A program made the position numbers and the translations under genes. From assembly GCA_964016885.1 (NCBI GenBank), contig OZ024741.1, positions 136,586,001-136,650,000 of the forward strand: a DNA stretch of 64,000 nt, in the 5' to 3' direction. The first letter of the stretch is position 1; every line of letters starts with the position of its first letter. The notes below the pieces were generated by a model. It was not told the origin of the DNA and did no database searches. It saw only the letters and a program-made list of their open reading frames with translations. The stretch comes from Eledone cirrhosa. Lineage: Eukaryota. This document shows, in pieces, positions 41,901-52,797 of this stretch.

Positions 41901-42420
41901 CATGCGCATTTTTGGACAACTTAAAAAGTCCTTATCCTTAATTCTAACTAAGAACCTATCTAGGTACGACCTAGATGTTCCGCTACGATTTGCCCAAGTC
42001 CAGGTTGGCGCAGTCGGAAAATCTAGTCGATATCTATCGGCCAGGTCAAATCGACCGATTAACCCTTTGAGGCTATTACACCCCTCTCTATCGGGACAGG
42101 CCCCTACGTAGTCCCAGCGTGCATCTAGGATACCATTCCAGTCCCCCACTAATAGCAAGGAGCGGGACGTCCCTAGAAAAGTCTCCAGACGATGGAAGAA
42201 GTCCGGCCGCATTGACCCGAAAGGGCCGTAGGCGGCTACCAACCTAAACGCTCCGCCTTTACCACTGCCAAGGTCCAGAACCACTAGTCGACCCTCCGGG
42301 TCCAAATGTACCATCTGTGTTGCGAGACCCAGATGTTTTTGCAGCAGAACGACAACTCCACCCCCACCTCCGGGCTGACAGAGAGATGCGTGCATCTCAA
42401 AGTCATCAAAGGTGGGGGCC
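38996..42420 (-). mobile_element. 5'-truncated L1-clade (Tx1-like) non-LTR retrotransposon
   Basis: GC-rich island carrying ORF2; 3' UTR ends with AATAAA then (TATC)n and no poly(A); GATA repeats at both junctions. Confidence 0.92.
39261..42395 (-). CDS. LINE ORF2: partial APE endonuclease + reverse transcriptase + C-terminal Cys/His finger; probably defective
   Basis: Motifs VGDWN, SYLDRF, SDHK, GPGYWKLN, KSPGLDG, FRPITLLN, LDQSKAFDRV, QECPLS (canonical QGCPLS), YADD and CPRC..ETVAHALVHC; frame stays open to the truncation at 42420. Confidence 0.9.
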   Translation of the reverse strand: MHASLCQPGGGGGVVVLLQKHLGLATQMVHLDPEGRLVVLDLGSGKGGAFRLVAAYGPFGSMRPDFFHRLETFLGTSRSLLLVGDWNGILDARWDYVGACPDREGCNSLKGLIGRFDLADRYRLDFPTAPTWTWANRSGTSRSYLDRFLVRIKDKDFLSCPKMRMVGYSDHKLVTCMVNLDRTHRQGPGYWKLNLSLPASKAYRNRISTLVKERLTGAIVNSRWWGSLKREIRVVSIEFSKELASNRNRKERELVDSVEEAIRSGDVARVLASRTALGQFFDAKHEGCIVRSKIRALGNEGTKAVSWARVTEAKRGSRSTIRSLQDQDGRVILEPKQMCEAFQKHFAELFGRGGGPVGDVDFGPYLDGLPRLSDREAKSCEEPISAAEIEDVLSQCGKRKSPGLDGLPYELYLAMPDLFPELLEAVYCNWRQNGRIPCAVTKGVVMLVRKDENKGDDINNFRPITLLNRELQILAKVLAKRLALVVGNLVGDAQTCAISSRSIHDNLHLMRYIIERVGNEPGFGGALINLDQSKAFDRVDHGYLDAVLAAAGFGPVFRGWINAMHSSRICSRVKVNGYLSEPFEIARSIRQECPLSSLLYVVTLEPLLRKLELLQGIPLEPGLRKAVSAYADDVTVMVSTASEIGAIGTLLEEYERFTGAKLNRDKSIGLQLGTWRGRSMPSDGVVGRWTEGPVKLLGVWFGPDLQVEKNWGEVTSRVFALTQKWAECKLSLKGRAEVANTYIASVIYYRLTVVPCPRETLAKIERALFLSGQPVWAPFVRRAFPRLVSLTELQSWIKQRPRKLGAWHTECAQALTALWQADPAVSGESTSSFYRGLVVSRCDDALGEALGMEEDELANLFGRTFSPGLMDNFQRSLAWQCYRRALPVRERLYRHGRPGRDPSKKVCPRCVCDEETVAHALVHCSGIADLWGYVEQLLSRVGPIRLTTESIVTIKPPPLFKNEGEAVFLCVIAMAKEVVWWTRLKGLRSDTFLSGQQLVRFFRYHFGRRIRMEREVLHPSRFYERWVKVARMARVNGPSLYIRL

Positions 42421-42432
42421 AGATAGATAGAT

Positions 42433-42538
42433 TTCTATTTATTGCCACTAGGACGCAAAAGAAGGGGATAAATACAAGGGGGGAGTTTACACAAAAAGGC
42501 GAGTAAATAAAACAAATAACAAATATTAAATTAACAAT

Positions 42539-42540
<2 letters not shown>
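42433..42540 (-). mobile_element. ~110-bp 3'-terminal fragment of the same Tx1-like family
   Basis: Similar to 38996-39110; bounded by GATA repeats. Confidence 0.8.
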
Positions 42541-42584
<44 letters not shown>

Positions 42585-42585
<1 letters not shown>

Positions 42586-42966
42586 TGTTTCTTTATTAGC
42601 CACAGGGGCACAAAAGAAGGGGACAAATACAAAGGGGGAAGTTTATATACAATAAAAACGTGTAAAATGTTATCACAAATGCAATTTAAAAAATTAGTCG
42701 ATTTTCCCCAATAGGGGGAGACAGTTCATATGGGTAACACATACACCCGAAAAAATGTGCAACCCTCATCTCCGGGAGTACGAAGAGTTTGTACTCCTTT
42801 CCTCTCCTCCTCCTTTTCCTCAACCTACAGGCTGATATAGAGAGAAGGCCCATTCACTCGGGCCATTCTCGCCACTTTCACCCACCTTTCATAAAACTTG
42901 CTGGGGTACAGCACCTCTCTCTCCATCCTGATTCTTCTTCCAAAGTGGTATTTGAAAAAAAGAATC
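42585..42966 (-). mobile_element. ~380-bp 3' fragment of the same Tx1-like family
   Basis: Encodes FFKYHFGRRIRMEREVLYPSKFYERWVKVARMARVNGPSLYISL, nearly identical to the ORF2 C-terminus; bounded by GATA repeats. Confidence 0.92.
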
Positions 42967-43621
42967 AGATAGATAGATAGATAGATAGATAGATATATAG
43001 ATAGATAGATAGATATGCACACACACACACACACACAACCACACACACACACACAACCACACACACACACACACACACACACAAGAAAGACACATAGTTG
43101 TGTAATAATGTAATAAGACTGCAGGAGTGATCTCCCTTAGGCTATTTCTATTTCATCAAAGCTTTCCACCCCATCTCTACCATCATCATAAGTTATTATA
43201 TATAGTTATATATTGAAGTTATATATACTGTGCGTTATTTTACTCTATAATATTTGCAGCCATATCTAACTCCCATCACACATAATATCTTAAGAACAAA
43301 ATATAAACAAAGATACGGAATGACTGCGGGGCGAAGACTGGGAAAACTACAAAACTGAGTAGTTGTTGCATGAAATACAACGTATATATATATATATGTG
43401 TGTATATGTGTGTGTGCGAGCGTATATATATGTGTGCGTGCGCATGTATATATGTATGTGTGTGAGTGTGTAAAGGAATGGATACCCTGAGAAGGCTACA
43501 TATCAGCCGAAAGCACAAGGTGTCGCGGTCCCACTTTGCTCCTTCCCATGCATTAAGTACTACTGTGATTTGTCGTCCCCTCGGTCACGACACCGCAGAC
43601 TTTCAACATGTATAAATATAT

Positions 43622-43693
<72 letters not shown>

Positions 43694-43767
43694 CTTATGC
43701 CAATATCTCAATTTGGACGGATACACACACACTTACAAACACACACACACACATTTATATATATATA

Positions 43768-43829
<62 letters not shown>

Positions 43830-43837
43830 TGTGTGCG

Positions 43838-43868
<31 letters not shown>

Positions 43869-44189
43869 CTGTCTGTCTGTGTGCGTCCGTGTGTATGTGT
43901 GTGCGTGTGTGTGTGCGTGTGTGTGTGTGAGTGTGCGTCTGTGTGATTCTCTTCGGCTAGCTTTGTAAACCAATATTATTTATATATATAAATACATTTG
44001 CATGTGTGCGTACACACACACGTCGATGTGGTATGCTGCTGCTGTTGTTGCTGATATTGTTTAAGGCATAATATATCTGGTATTACACATTCAATATCTT
44101 CTTTTGTTCTTAAAACATCAATATGTTATGGGAGCTTGATATGGTTGCTAATATCGTAGAATAACTCCCTAAAGTACAGACAGATCTCT

Positions 44190-44520
44190 TTAATATTCCC
44201 ATTGGCACTTCTTTTCTACGGGACCCAAGAATGTTCAACGCTACTGGCAACATCATAACATCCACCATCTTTGTCCAGCAAGGCGACCCACTTAGATCGC
44301 CCCTCTTCGCGTTAGCTGTTGTCTATGTTGTCAACTCAACTGTTCACCATTCAACATCTGATGGGACGACACTAGAGGGTTCAATTGAATCTACAGTAGA
44401 CCACATTCACACCACTATTCTACCCCTATCGATTATTGGACTTGAGAAACACTTTTCGAAATCAGAAGCTTCATTTGATAGCACCATATACGAGATTCGA
44501 TCTATAACAAAGACGTGACT
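44190..44520 (+). pseudogene. Decayed CRE-clade-like reverse transcriptase fragment
   Basis: VQQGDPLRSPLFALAV followed by DGTTLEG resembles the QQGDPLGPLLF..YLDDGTLGG motifs of CRE elements; YLDD is lost. Confidence 0.6.
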
Positions 44521-44848
44521 GACACCGATGGACGGCGCCTATATTTCCGGCTCAGCGTTTCTCTCGAAGGCCGGCCAAGATTGCTCTGATACAAAACCTG
44601 TGACTTCGTTTGCATTCAATGGTGTAAAGCAGTTCTTCTTTTCGGGCAAATGCATTCGATGTTCAGACAGTAGGATGGGCCCCGTGCAAAGCCTTCCCTC
44701 ACTTAAAAATGCTTCAAGCACAGGCATGGCTTCATATGTGACATTTTTGCGATGCAAGAGTAAAACGCCACGTCCGTGATGCTTATGTTTAAGTATCAAG
44801 CGATGGCATTACTCGAAAACGAGTTACAGCCATCATCATGTATATATT

Positions 44849-44920
44849 ATGTATGTATGTATGTATGTATGTATGTATGTATGTATGTATGTATGTATGT
44901 ATGTATGTATGTATGTATGT
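44849..44920. repeat. (TATG)n microsatellite
   Basis: Direct reading; also 45328-45431 and 46263-46321, which flank the mariner. Confidence 0.97.
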
Positions 44921-45431
44921 AGAGATGACCCCTTAGCCTTTGTCAAGGCAGAATTCTAGGAGAAGGAAAACTCTGATATAACACCTGCAACCCTGATGGT
45001 ATCCAATGATGTTGACTTGTTCTTCTTTTTGGTAAATATCATCTTGGTTAAGAGAGTGGGACTGGCTTTGTGCAGTGCCTTTGCTCACTATAAAAGCTTC
45101 ACAGCACAGGCATTGCTTTATATCTGGAGATCTCTCTGCACTTGTCATCACATGGTACCATGGGCCCTGCACTATGTGTCAATAATGGTCACAAGTGTAG
45201 TCTTTGTACCAGAGTTTTCAAGTTGCTGGCTGGACTAAAAAGTCACACTCGTTCAGCGCATCGGTAGGGGTTCTCCTACATGGATATAAAGTAGTGGCCG
45301 TACTCGAAAACGAGTTGGCAGCCACCATGTATGTATGTATGTATAAATGTAAGTAAGTATGTATGTATGTATGTATGTATGTATGTATGTATGTATGTAT
45401 GTATGTATGTATGTATGTATGTATGTATGTA

Positions 45432-46262
45432 CGAGGTGTGTCAGAAAAGTTCCAATACTGATGTCACAAAAGATTTATTTCAAACCCAAACTTCACACTA
45501 AGAGTTTTCTCCTTCAAAGTAATCCCCCTGGAGTCTCATGCACTTTTCCATCCTTTTCTGCCACGCTTGCATGCACTCCTGGAAGGATTCTTCTGGCATC
45601 CTCCGCAGTTCCGTCGTCACGGCCTTTTTGATGTCGCCCGTCTTCAAAACGGGTCCTCTCCAGGTCGTAATCGAAGATCCATGACTCATCACCGGTGATG
45701 ATTGTCCCTAGCAAGTCTGGTTCGGTATCAAGACGCTCGAGGATGTCCTGGCACACATGCATGCGTCGACCCTTCTGGTCATCGTTCAGCAGTTTTGGCA
45801 CCATCTTCGCGCAGACTTTCCGACGATCGCTACGCACCATCTGCCTGACGCGCTCAACGTTGACCTCAGTCCTGGTTGTTGAGGACCTTCCGCTCCTGGG
45901 GTCATCTTCCACGTCCTCGCGTCCTTCTTTAAACCTCTTGCACCACTCAAAAACACGTGAGCGTGACATCGTCTCATCTCCATGCACTTGCTGCAGCAAT
46001 CCCAGTGCTTCTGACGGAGTTTTCCCCAACCGTACCAGAAACTTCAAGTTTGTTCGTTGCTCTGCGCTCATTGCTTGACGACCTGAAACAGAGGACATGT
46101 ATATAAAATTATGAAGAAAAAAGTTTGATCGCTGCAGAGAGCTAAGATTACAGTTACATACTCCAGGGGGATTACTTTTAAGGAGAAAACTCTTAGTGTG
46201 AAGTTTGGGTTTGAAATAAATCTTTTGTGACATCAGTCCTGGAACTTTTCTGACACAGCTCG
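45432..46262 (-). mobile_element. Internally deleted mariner transposon with TA target duplication and ~103-bp TIRs
   Basis: TA|CGAGGTGTGTCAGAAAAGTTCC ... GGAACTTTTCTGACACAGCTCG|TA; IR arms 45432-45534 and 46160-46262. Confidence 0.93.
45498..46071 (-). pseudogene. Mariner transposase remnant (irritans-like)
   Basis: EQRTNLKFLVRLGKT HTH, VFEWCKRFKEGRE, RSGR, MVPKLL (WVPHEL equivalent), ITGDESW and C-terminal GDYFEG; second HTH and most of the catalytic domain are absent; frameshifted. Confidence 0.9.
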
Positions 46263-46274
46263 TATGTATATATG

Positions 46275-46308
<34 letters not shown>

Positions 46309-46746
46309 TGTATGTATGTATTATTGCTATAGTTTTGCCATCCGTCTCAGAATAGTGAAACTCTAATTTAACGTATTGACTTAGTTAAATGTAATCTATT
46401 AACTTAAAAGAGATTGAAATTTTATATTTTAGAAAAAAAAACATAAATTACCATTAAACGATTTGAAAACTGTCGATAGAAACATTTGAATTGTAACATC
46501 TTGTCTTTGTCGCATTTTTTAACGTTAAATTGTATTGAATTATAACATCTCGTGTTTGTCGAACTTTTTAACGTTAAATTGCATTAGGAAATTTCGTTCA
46601 GAGAGAAGTAATTAAAGTGCATAATAATATTTTTCAATCTTTTCTCGTCAAATGGGTTCATTTGCAGATAAATATTTCTCTTTAGCGATCAATTGAGAAT
46701 GCTAGAATTGAAGTATTAATTCCATTATCTAAATATTAGTAAACTT

Positions 46747-47125
46747 GGCTCTGTGGTAAAGGAATTCGTTTCGCAATCACGGGGGTTCGGCTTCAATATC
46801 AAGTGTCGTACCTTGGCTAAGTGTTTTCTACTATAGCTTCATGTTAACCAATGACTTGTGAGTGAATCTTTGCGGAAGCCCGTCGTATATACGCGTGTGT
46901 GTTGTGTGGGGGGGGGCGTGTGGAGGGGGGCGTGTGTGTGCCTGTGTGTGCGTGTGTATGTGTGTGTTTCCCTTTATTGTCGTGTCACTTAGCCATGCGA
47001 CAAAAAGAGATCGACCAATTAAACACCAGACTGGAAAAAAGTAGGTACTGAGTGGGTTAATATGATGGACTAAATCCCTTTCAGGTGATGTTCCAGCATG
47101 GCCACAATCCAATGACAGAAACCAG
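46747..47125 (+). mobile_element. Degenerate tRNA-derived SINE with internal (TG)n tract
   Basis: TGGCTCTGTGGTAAAG head, GGTTCGGCTTCAAT, CCTTGGCTAAGTGTTTTCTACTATAGC; degenerate heads also near 55715 and 56335. Confidence 0.6.
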
Positions 47126-47466
47126 CATTTTATTTTAAATTACAGATAAATATTTCTGGTAAGCGCTCAATTTTAGAATATTGGAATTGGAGTATAATTT
47201 TGATTATCTGAATATTCTCTCTTCTTCTAGTACTGTAATTGCTGGTGGAGTCGTAGGGGCGCCATTGTAGGATACGGCGTTTCTTGGGCATTTTAAGCCT
47301 GGTGGAGCCCAACCCTCTCCTGGTCTGAACACAACAGATTTCTTCCAGAGAAGGATAGAATGTGAGAGAGAGAAAATGATATAGAGGAAGAATCGATGCC
47401 AGTACTCGACTGATACTTTTTATGCAAGGCATGTGTATATTCTCTTTATTATTTTATTAATTTCAA

Positions 47467-47860
47467 GGGCAGTGGATTAGCAATAATAGTAGACAGCATG
47501 CCGAGGTTAGCTTTGCCTTTTGTCCTTACGGTGTCGATATAATTAAGTATCAGTAACGTACTAGGGTAGATTTAATCGACTTACTCCCGATGTGTTGGCC
47601 TTGTGCCTAAATCAGAAACCATTATTTTACTGATTTCAGAAGCAAGGTGGGTTAGCAGAATTGATAGAGTGTTGGTTAAAATACCATTTCTGTATTTGTC
47701 TGGCTCTTCATGGTCTGAATTCGAATCCTGACGATGTCAACTTTGCTTTACATCCTTACGCGATCAATAAAATAAAATACTAACCAAGTCCTATGGTCAA
47801 TATAATCGACTTTCCCCTCCAAAAAAAGGTCAGGTTTAGTGCCTAAATTAGAAATTAATA
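47467..47860 (+). mobile_element. Two tandem degenerate Meta-like SINE copies
   Basis: Each has CTTTGC..TCCTTACG..TC[G/A]ATA and ends GTGCCTAAAT[C/T]AGAAA; inverse orientation to the 32.7-kb copies. Confidence 0.7.
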
Positions 47861-48340
47861 TACTGCAATATCGATGCGTATGATTGAAAATTAGAAACTA
47901 TTATTTTACTGACTTTAGTCACTGGATTACGGCCATACTGAAACAGTCCATTCCATCATCTTCCGTACTTTACCTGTTCAAATTTGATCTGGATCAAAGC
48001 TGAGCAGGAAATGAATAACAACATAAACGGCTTAACCTCCCATTTGATCTTCCCATGTTTTATAAGCACTAGTTGACTCTGGGGAAATTCCAGGGTTTAA
48101 TTAGAAACAACCACCAATTATTAAGGATCGATATGACATTTTAAATCGATATCACATTTTAAATGTTATATTTATAAATTATGTATATACATGCAAAACT
48201 GTATGCAGTACATGGTTGCATACATACAACACAACAAACTTAATCGAATAAATTTAATGAATGACTGAAAATAACAAATTCGAATATTTTAATTTATAAT
48301 TTCAACAATATTTTTCGTAAAAGTAATTCCTTAGCAGCAA

Positions 48341-48344
<4 letters not shown>

Positions 48345-48416
<72 letters not shown>
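48345..48416. repeat. (TC)n microsatellite
   Basis: Direct reading. Confidence 0.98.
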
Positions 48417-48418
<2 letters not shown>

Positions 48419-49679
48419 GCTCCTACCATCCCCTTTTCAGTGTGGCAGACATTTTATGCTACCGACGCACCGACTTCATATAATATTTGCTCATATTTCA
48501 GTTCTTCGCACATCTTCGACACGTCATCAATGTCACTGGATGTTTAAGGGTTTTGCTACATGTACCCTCTTCCAAGTGGCCCGACTATAAATGCAAAACC
48601 CTGGACACAACATCAGTGTTGCATCGTGTAGTCACTGGGTGTTTCGGGTCTTACAACATACACCATCATCCAGGTGACCCAACCAAAGTTGGTCAATCCT
48701 CAGCCAGCATTCATGGGCCATGCCACTGACTCCAAAGGTCACTTCACTTCAGCCTAAACCTCCTAGTTACCATATATGCTGCTTTCACGTTATTTCTGAT
48801 AGCTCTTCTACGTGCTCCCATCAAGCTCAGAGTTCCATAGGTTTTGCTAAGGGAACCAACTGCAAGCCCTTGACTACCATTCTCCACTGTTATGCACCTG
48901 GTCCTTCGCCCATTTCTTCATCATTCCTCCATCAATTCGTGGTACTTTGCTTCCACCCTGTGCTCCTCCTTCCTCTCCTGTTCTTTATCCTTCCTCTCCT
49001 GTGGTCCCTCCTTTCTCTGCTGTGCATCCCCTATCCTCACCTTCCAGGCAATAACTAGTTCTACTAGAATGAACTGTTTTGTCACCTCGTAATTAATACA
49101 AATGTTTTCTATACTCCATATATAAGGATTATAAAAGGAAACGACAAATGGAAAGCTCGCTTCAGAATGGGATTGCTATCCAGTTTCGATTCCTAATTTG
49201 GCAGAATCGATAGAGCGTCAAACAAAATAGTGTATATCATCATGTGCAAGCGTCGACTTGGCTGGTTGTGACATGTCACACGACTCCCAACTAAGAGAGA
49301 TCCTTATCATTTCCTGTATTGGTACCGCCGTTGATAGGGCCGAAGAAGACGTCCTAGAAACTGGCAGCAGACATTCCGCAGGGACTTGAAACCTGTCAAC
49401 AAAAGCTGGAATGATATATTGATAGATGCAACTGGCCGTGGTCATTGAAGCACGTTGACTGTCTCATGCGTCTCAATGCGCGGGAGCTTCTAAATCTAAT
49501 TAAGTAAGGATTCTTACCTTTTAAACTAAGAATTTTCAAGTATCAATTAGTCAAAATTGAAAAACAAAAGTAGCCTGCAGCGGAACCTGTTAATTTGGCA
49601 ACCATGTACAAGACGAGATAAGATTGTATTAGATTTATGTTTACAATTTTCTCATAAAGATAAGACAAGATATTGTTCC

Positions 49680-50243
49680 TAGACGACAGGAAATAATTTA
49701 AACACCTATCTTTATTTCTGTCTATTCCTCGAGATTGTAAATTGTAAGATTTGGCATTCAATGTTTAATGTTTACAAAGTTCCAGTTTCATTAGATTTAA
49801 CCCTTTCGTTACCATATTTCTAATGTAAGACGCTGTCCGTGGCTTTCAAATAATTTTGAAACTAATCAAGAATTTGACGGATTGTAGTAATATAATTAAT
49901 TTATTCTTTACTAAACTAATTAAATGTTTTTACAAAATTCATAATGGGATTTTTATTTATTTAGATGGTACCCCAGCATGGCCTCAGTCGGATGGTTGGA
50001 ACAGGTAAAAGAGTAAAAGAGTAAATATAAACACATAAAAGTATACTGCTTTGTATCATGGGAGCAGGGGCAGTTTCAGGAGGTTTGGTATCAAAAAGGT
50101 AATATTCCAATTTTTTCGCTTTCTTATAAATACTGTTCTTAGACGACAAAAATTATCTATAAACAACTGCCTTTATTTCTGTCTATTCCTAGTAATTGCA
50201 AATTCTAAGATTTAGCATTCAATGTTTACAAAACAGTTTCATT
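49680..50243. repeat. Diverged ~105-bp direct repeats (about 49680-49793 and 50140-50243) around a TTAA-type MITE remnant starting at ~49797
   Basis: TAGACGAC..CTTTATTTCTGTCTATTCCT..AAGATTT.GCATTCAATGTTTA occurs twice; TTAACCCTTTCGTTACC follows the first copy. Confidence 0.7.
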
Positions 50244-50916
50244 TGCTTACCGAAGCCAATTTATCTCATTGACTTTTGCAATGATCATCACAGCAAACCT
50301 CATTTGCCATCCGTTCTTACATACACGCTTCTGTCCTTGTGCCTAAGGAAGAAATCAATACTTGTAAAACTAGAAGAGCAGTGAGTGACTCTTTAAAGCA
50401 TCGAGATTCCCAATCAATAATTGTAGGTGGGATAGAAATTATAGAAGTAAACAGTCAACAGCAATCTATTTATCATTTCAGCTTAAGCTATAATTTTCTA
50501 AGCGGCCTTTGTAACACATATAATTAAGCTGGCAAATTTGTACACGGCGAAAATTTCTAACTAGGAGGAGGTTACTCTCCTCATCCTAGATACAGTAAAT
50601 CATGCTACGATGTTCAATCCCATGAGCGATTGTAGTATATTTTTGCCTATTGCATTCCAATGATGCAGGGGGCAGCGCTACCTTTAAAGTCAACTAGGCA
50701 GCTTATATGATGCGGACACCTGAAAGTCGCATTTGTGAACCATTAAACTTCACAGTTGTGTAAAATATGAATCAAATTCCTGCAACCAATAAATAAATCC
50801 CTAAACAACTTTGCCACATAGCGGCGTTGTGCACATATGGCCTGTCTCATGATTTGGCGTGGGTGAGTGTGAATGGTGAAGTAGTCAATGAAGGTTTATT
50901 AATTTTCTTAGTATAG

Positions 50917-51112
50917 GAGACCTATCGACTCTCCCCGCCCGACGGGAGATTTCCCACCCACTTTGAGGTGGGTGAGAGATACCTTTTCTTGTGAAAATGA
51001 GTATAGCTTTCATTATGTAAAATCTCCCTATTTTTGCCTCATTTCTCCCCGTTTTGAGGCACTTTTTTTCATGGTATTCTCCGTTTGGGGTTTTTAGAGG
51101 TTGGCAGGTCTG
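50917..51112. mobile_element. Degenerate MITE with CAGACCTGCCAAC-type termini
   Basis: Left GAGACCTATCGACTCT, right AGAGGTTGGCAGGTCTG; related right-end fragment at ~56430-56479. Confidence 0.5.
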
Positions 51113-51609
51113 GTGCAATCAGAACAAGAAGTGTTAAAAGCTAGGGTCGTTAGCTTACTAAACAGTAAGTTGAAATTATTTAATTTGGGAGAATGGGGTA
51201 CATAACTGGAAAAAGGGGATGATAAATACCCATGGGCCGGCTCTGTCATACCAACGACCTCTTTTATTTAAATGGATCTTTCTTCCGACCCCATGCTAAA
51301 ATTACGCCCTTCCTAAATTGCGAGAAAAAGAGTAACAATCAGATGAGAGATATATTTTTGCTTAGAGAAGAAATGGTACCCAATTGTGTGTGTGTGTATA
51401 TATATTTTCTAGAACGTTTGACCTTTAAAATCCTAGTTACACACACACACACACACACATACATACACACACACGCGCGCACGCACGCACACGCACACAC
51501 ACACACACACACATATATATAGACAGAAATCTTCATCTTAATTTGCATGTAGTTAGTGATGTGTGTGTGTGAGTGTGAGTGTATGTGTGTATATATATAT
51601 ATATATGTA

Positions 51610-51709
51610 CAAGTTGTCTCAAAAAATGTATACACACTTCAACAGCATTCTAATAAATATGGACTGTACATGTAAACAAAGTATGTATACATTTTTTGGG
51701 GACACCCTG
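51610..51709. mobile_element. 100-bp Tc1/mariner-type MITE in (TA)n
   Basis: TA|CAAGTTGTCTCAAAAAATGTATACA ... TGTATACATTTTTTGGGGACACCCTG|TA. Confidence 0.8.
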
Positions 51710-52478
51710 TATATATACATACATTACTCACTCTTAAATCCCAGTGTGAATCATTCTTACGTTCACCTATTTCTTACCTGTCATAAAATTGCCTATTTCT
51801 TACCTCATTAAAAACATTATTCTATTTTTTTTTATATTTCGGGATTACATGTAATTTAAAATAATCCATTAAATATTGTTTGTCACGGTGTTATTGTTGT
51901 TGTTGTTGTTGTTGTTGCAGTTGCTGTTGTTTTGCTTTGCTTATCGGATGCCGGACTAAATCGATTTTGAGAATGAATATATAATACTGATGATGATGAT
52001 GATGACGATGATCATGATCATGATCATGATGAATATATAATACTGATGAGGATCATGATCATGATGATGATGATGACGGTGACTATGACGACGACCACGA
52101 CGAGGAGGAGGAGGGTGTTATATATCGAAACAACACTACGATGAAAATAACTAAGTTGTATGATCTCCAGCCTTAAGCTGTTTCTTATGGAAGTCAATGC
52201 CTGGCATTTTCAAATATCTTTTTTAAAATAATCAGAATTTTGGAGAGATTTAGAAATTTTGGCGTCTTAAACATTATTGATCTGGGGTCGAGTTCGATAA
52301 AATAAAATACTAAAGTGCTGGGGTCAATTGAATCGATTTACCCTCCCCGAAATTTCTGGTCTTTATTCTGGTCCGAAATTGTGATTATGTTAGTAACAGG
52401 TATTAGGCTAGTTTTTGGAACATAACTTAACAAATGTTCTTACATAAAATTATTATGGAAGGCTTTTAGTAAATAATG

Positions 52479-52675
52479 ATTTCTACTTTAGGCACAAGGC
52501 CAGCATTTTGGGGGAAGGAAAAGTCGATTATATCGACCCTAGTGCATTACTGGTGCTTTATTTTATCGACCCCGTAAGGATGAGCAAAGCTAAAATCGGC
52601 GAGATTTGAACTCAGAACGCAACGGGCCATAACTCTATGCTGAAAAGCATAGTATCCGACGCGCTACCGATACTA
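52479..52675 (-). mobile_element. Meta-like SINE, undeleted form
   Basis: TTTCTACTTTAGGCACAAGGCCAGC..TATCGACCCCGTAAGGATGA..GATTTGAACTCAGAAC. Confidence 0.8.
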
Positions 52676-52797
52676 CTTTAAAGTAAACAGTTTTTTTTTT
52701 ATCATAGAACCAGGGGGTTTGTTATTAAAATGGTTAACTATCATATTTCCTTTTTCTTTTTTCTTCTTTTTGCTTTTAACTGACAGTTTCCTTTTTG

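Noticed and set aside
39325-42111. Many short overlapping ORFs inside the LINE
   Set aside because: Alternative-frame and antisense shadows of a GC-rich ORF2
45514-46233. 239-aa ORF as an intact or domesticated transposase
   Set aside because: It starts inside the TIR, lacks the second HTH and two catalytic aspartates, and shifts out of frame at the C-terminus
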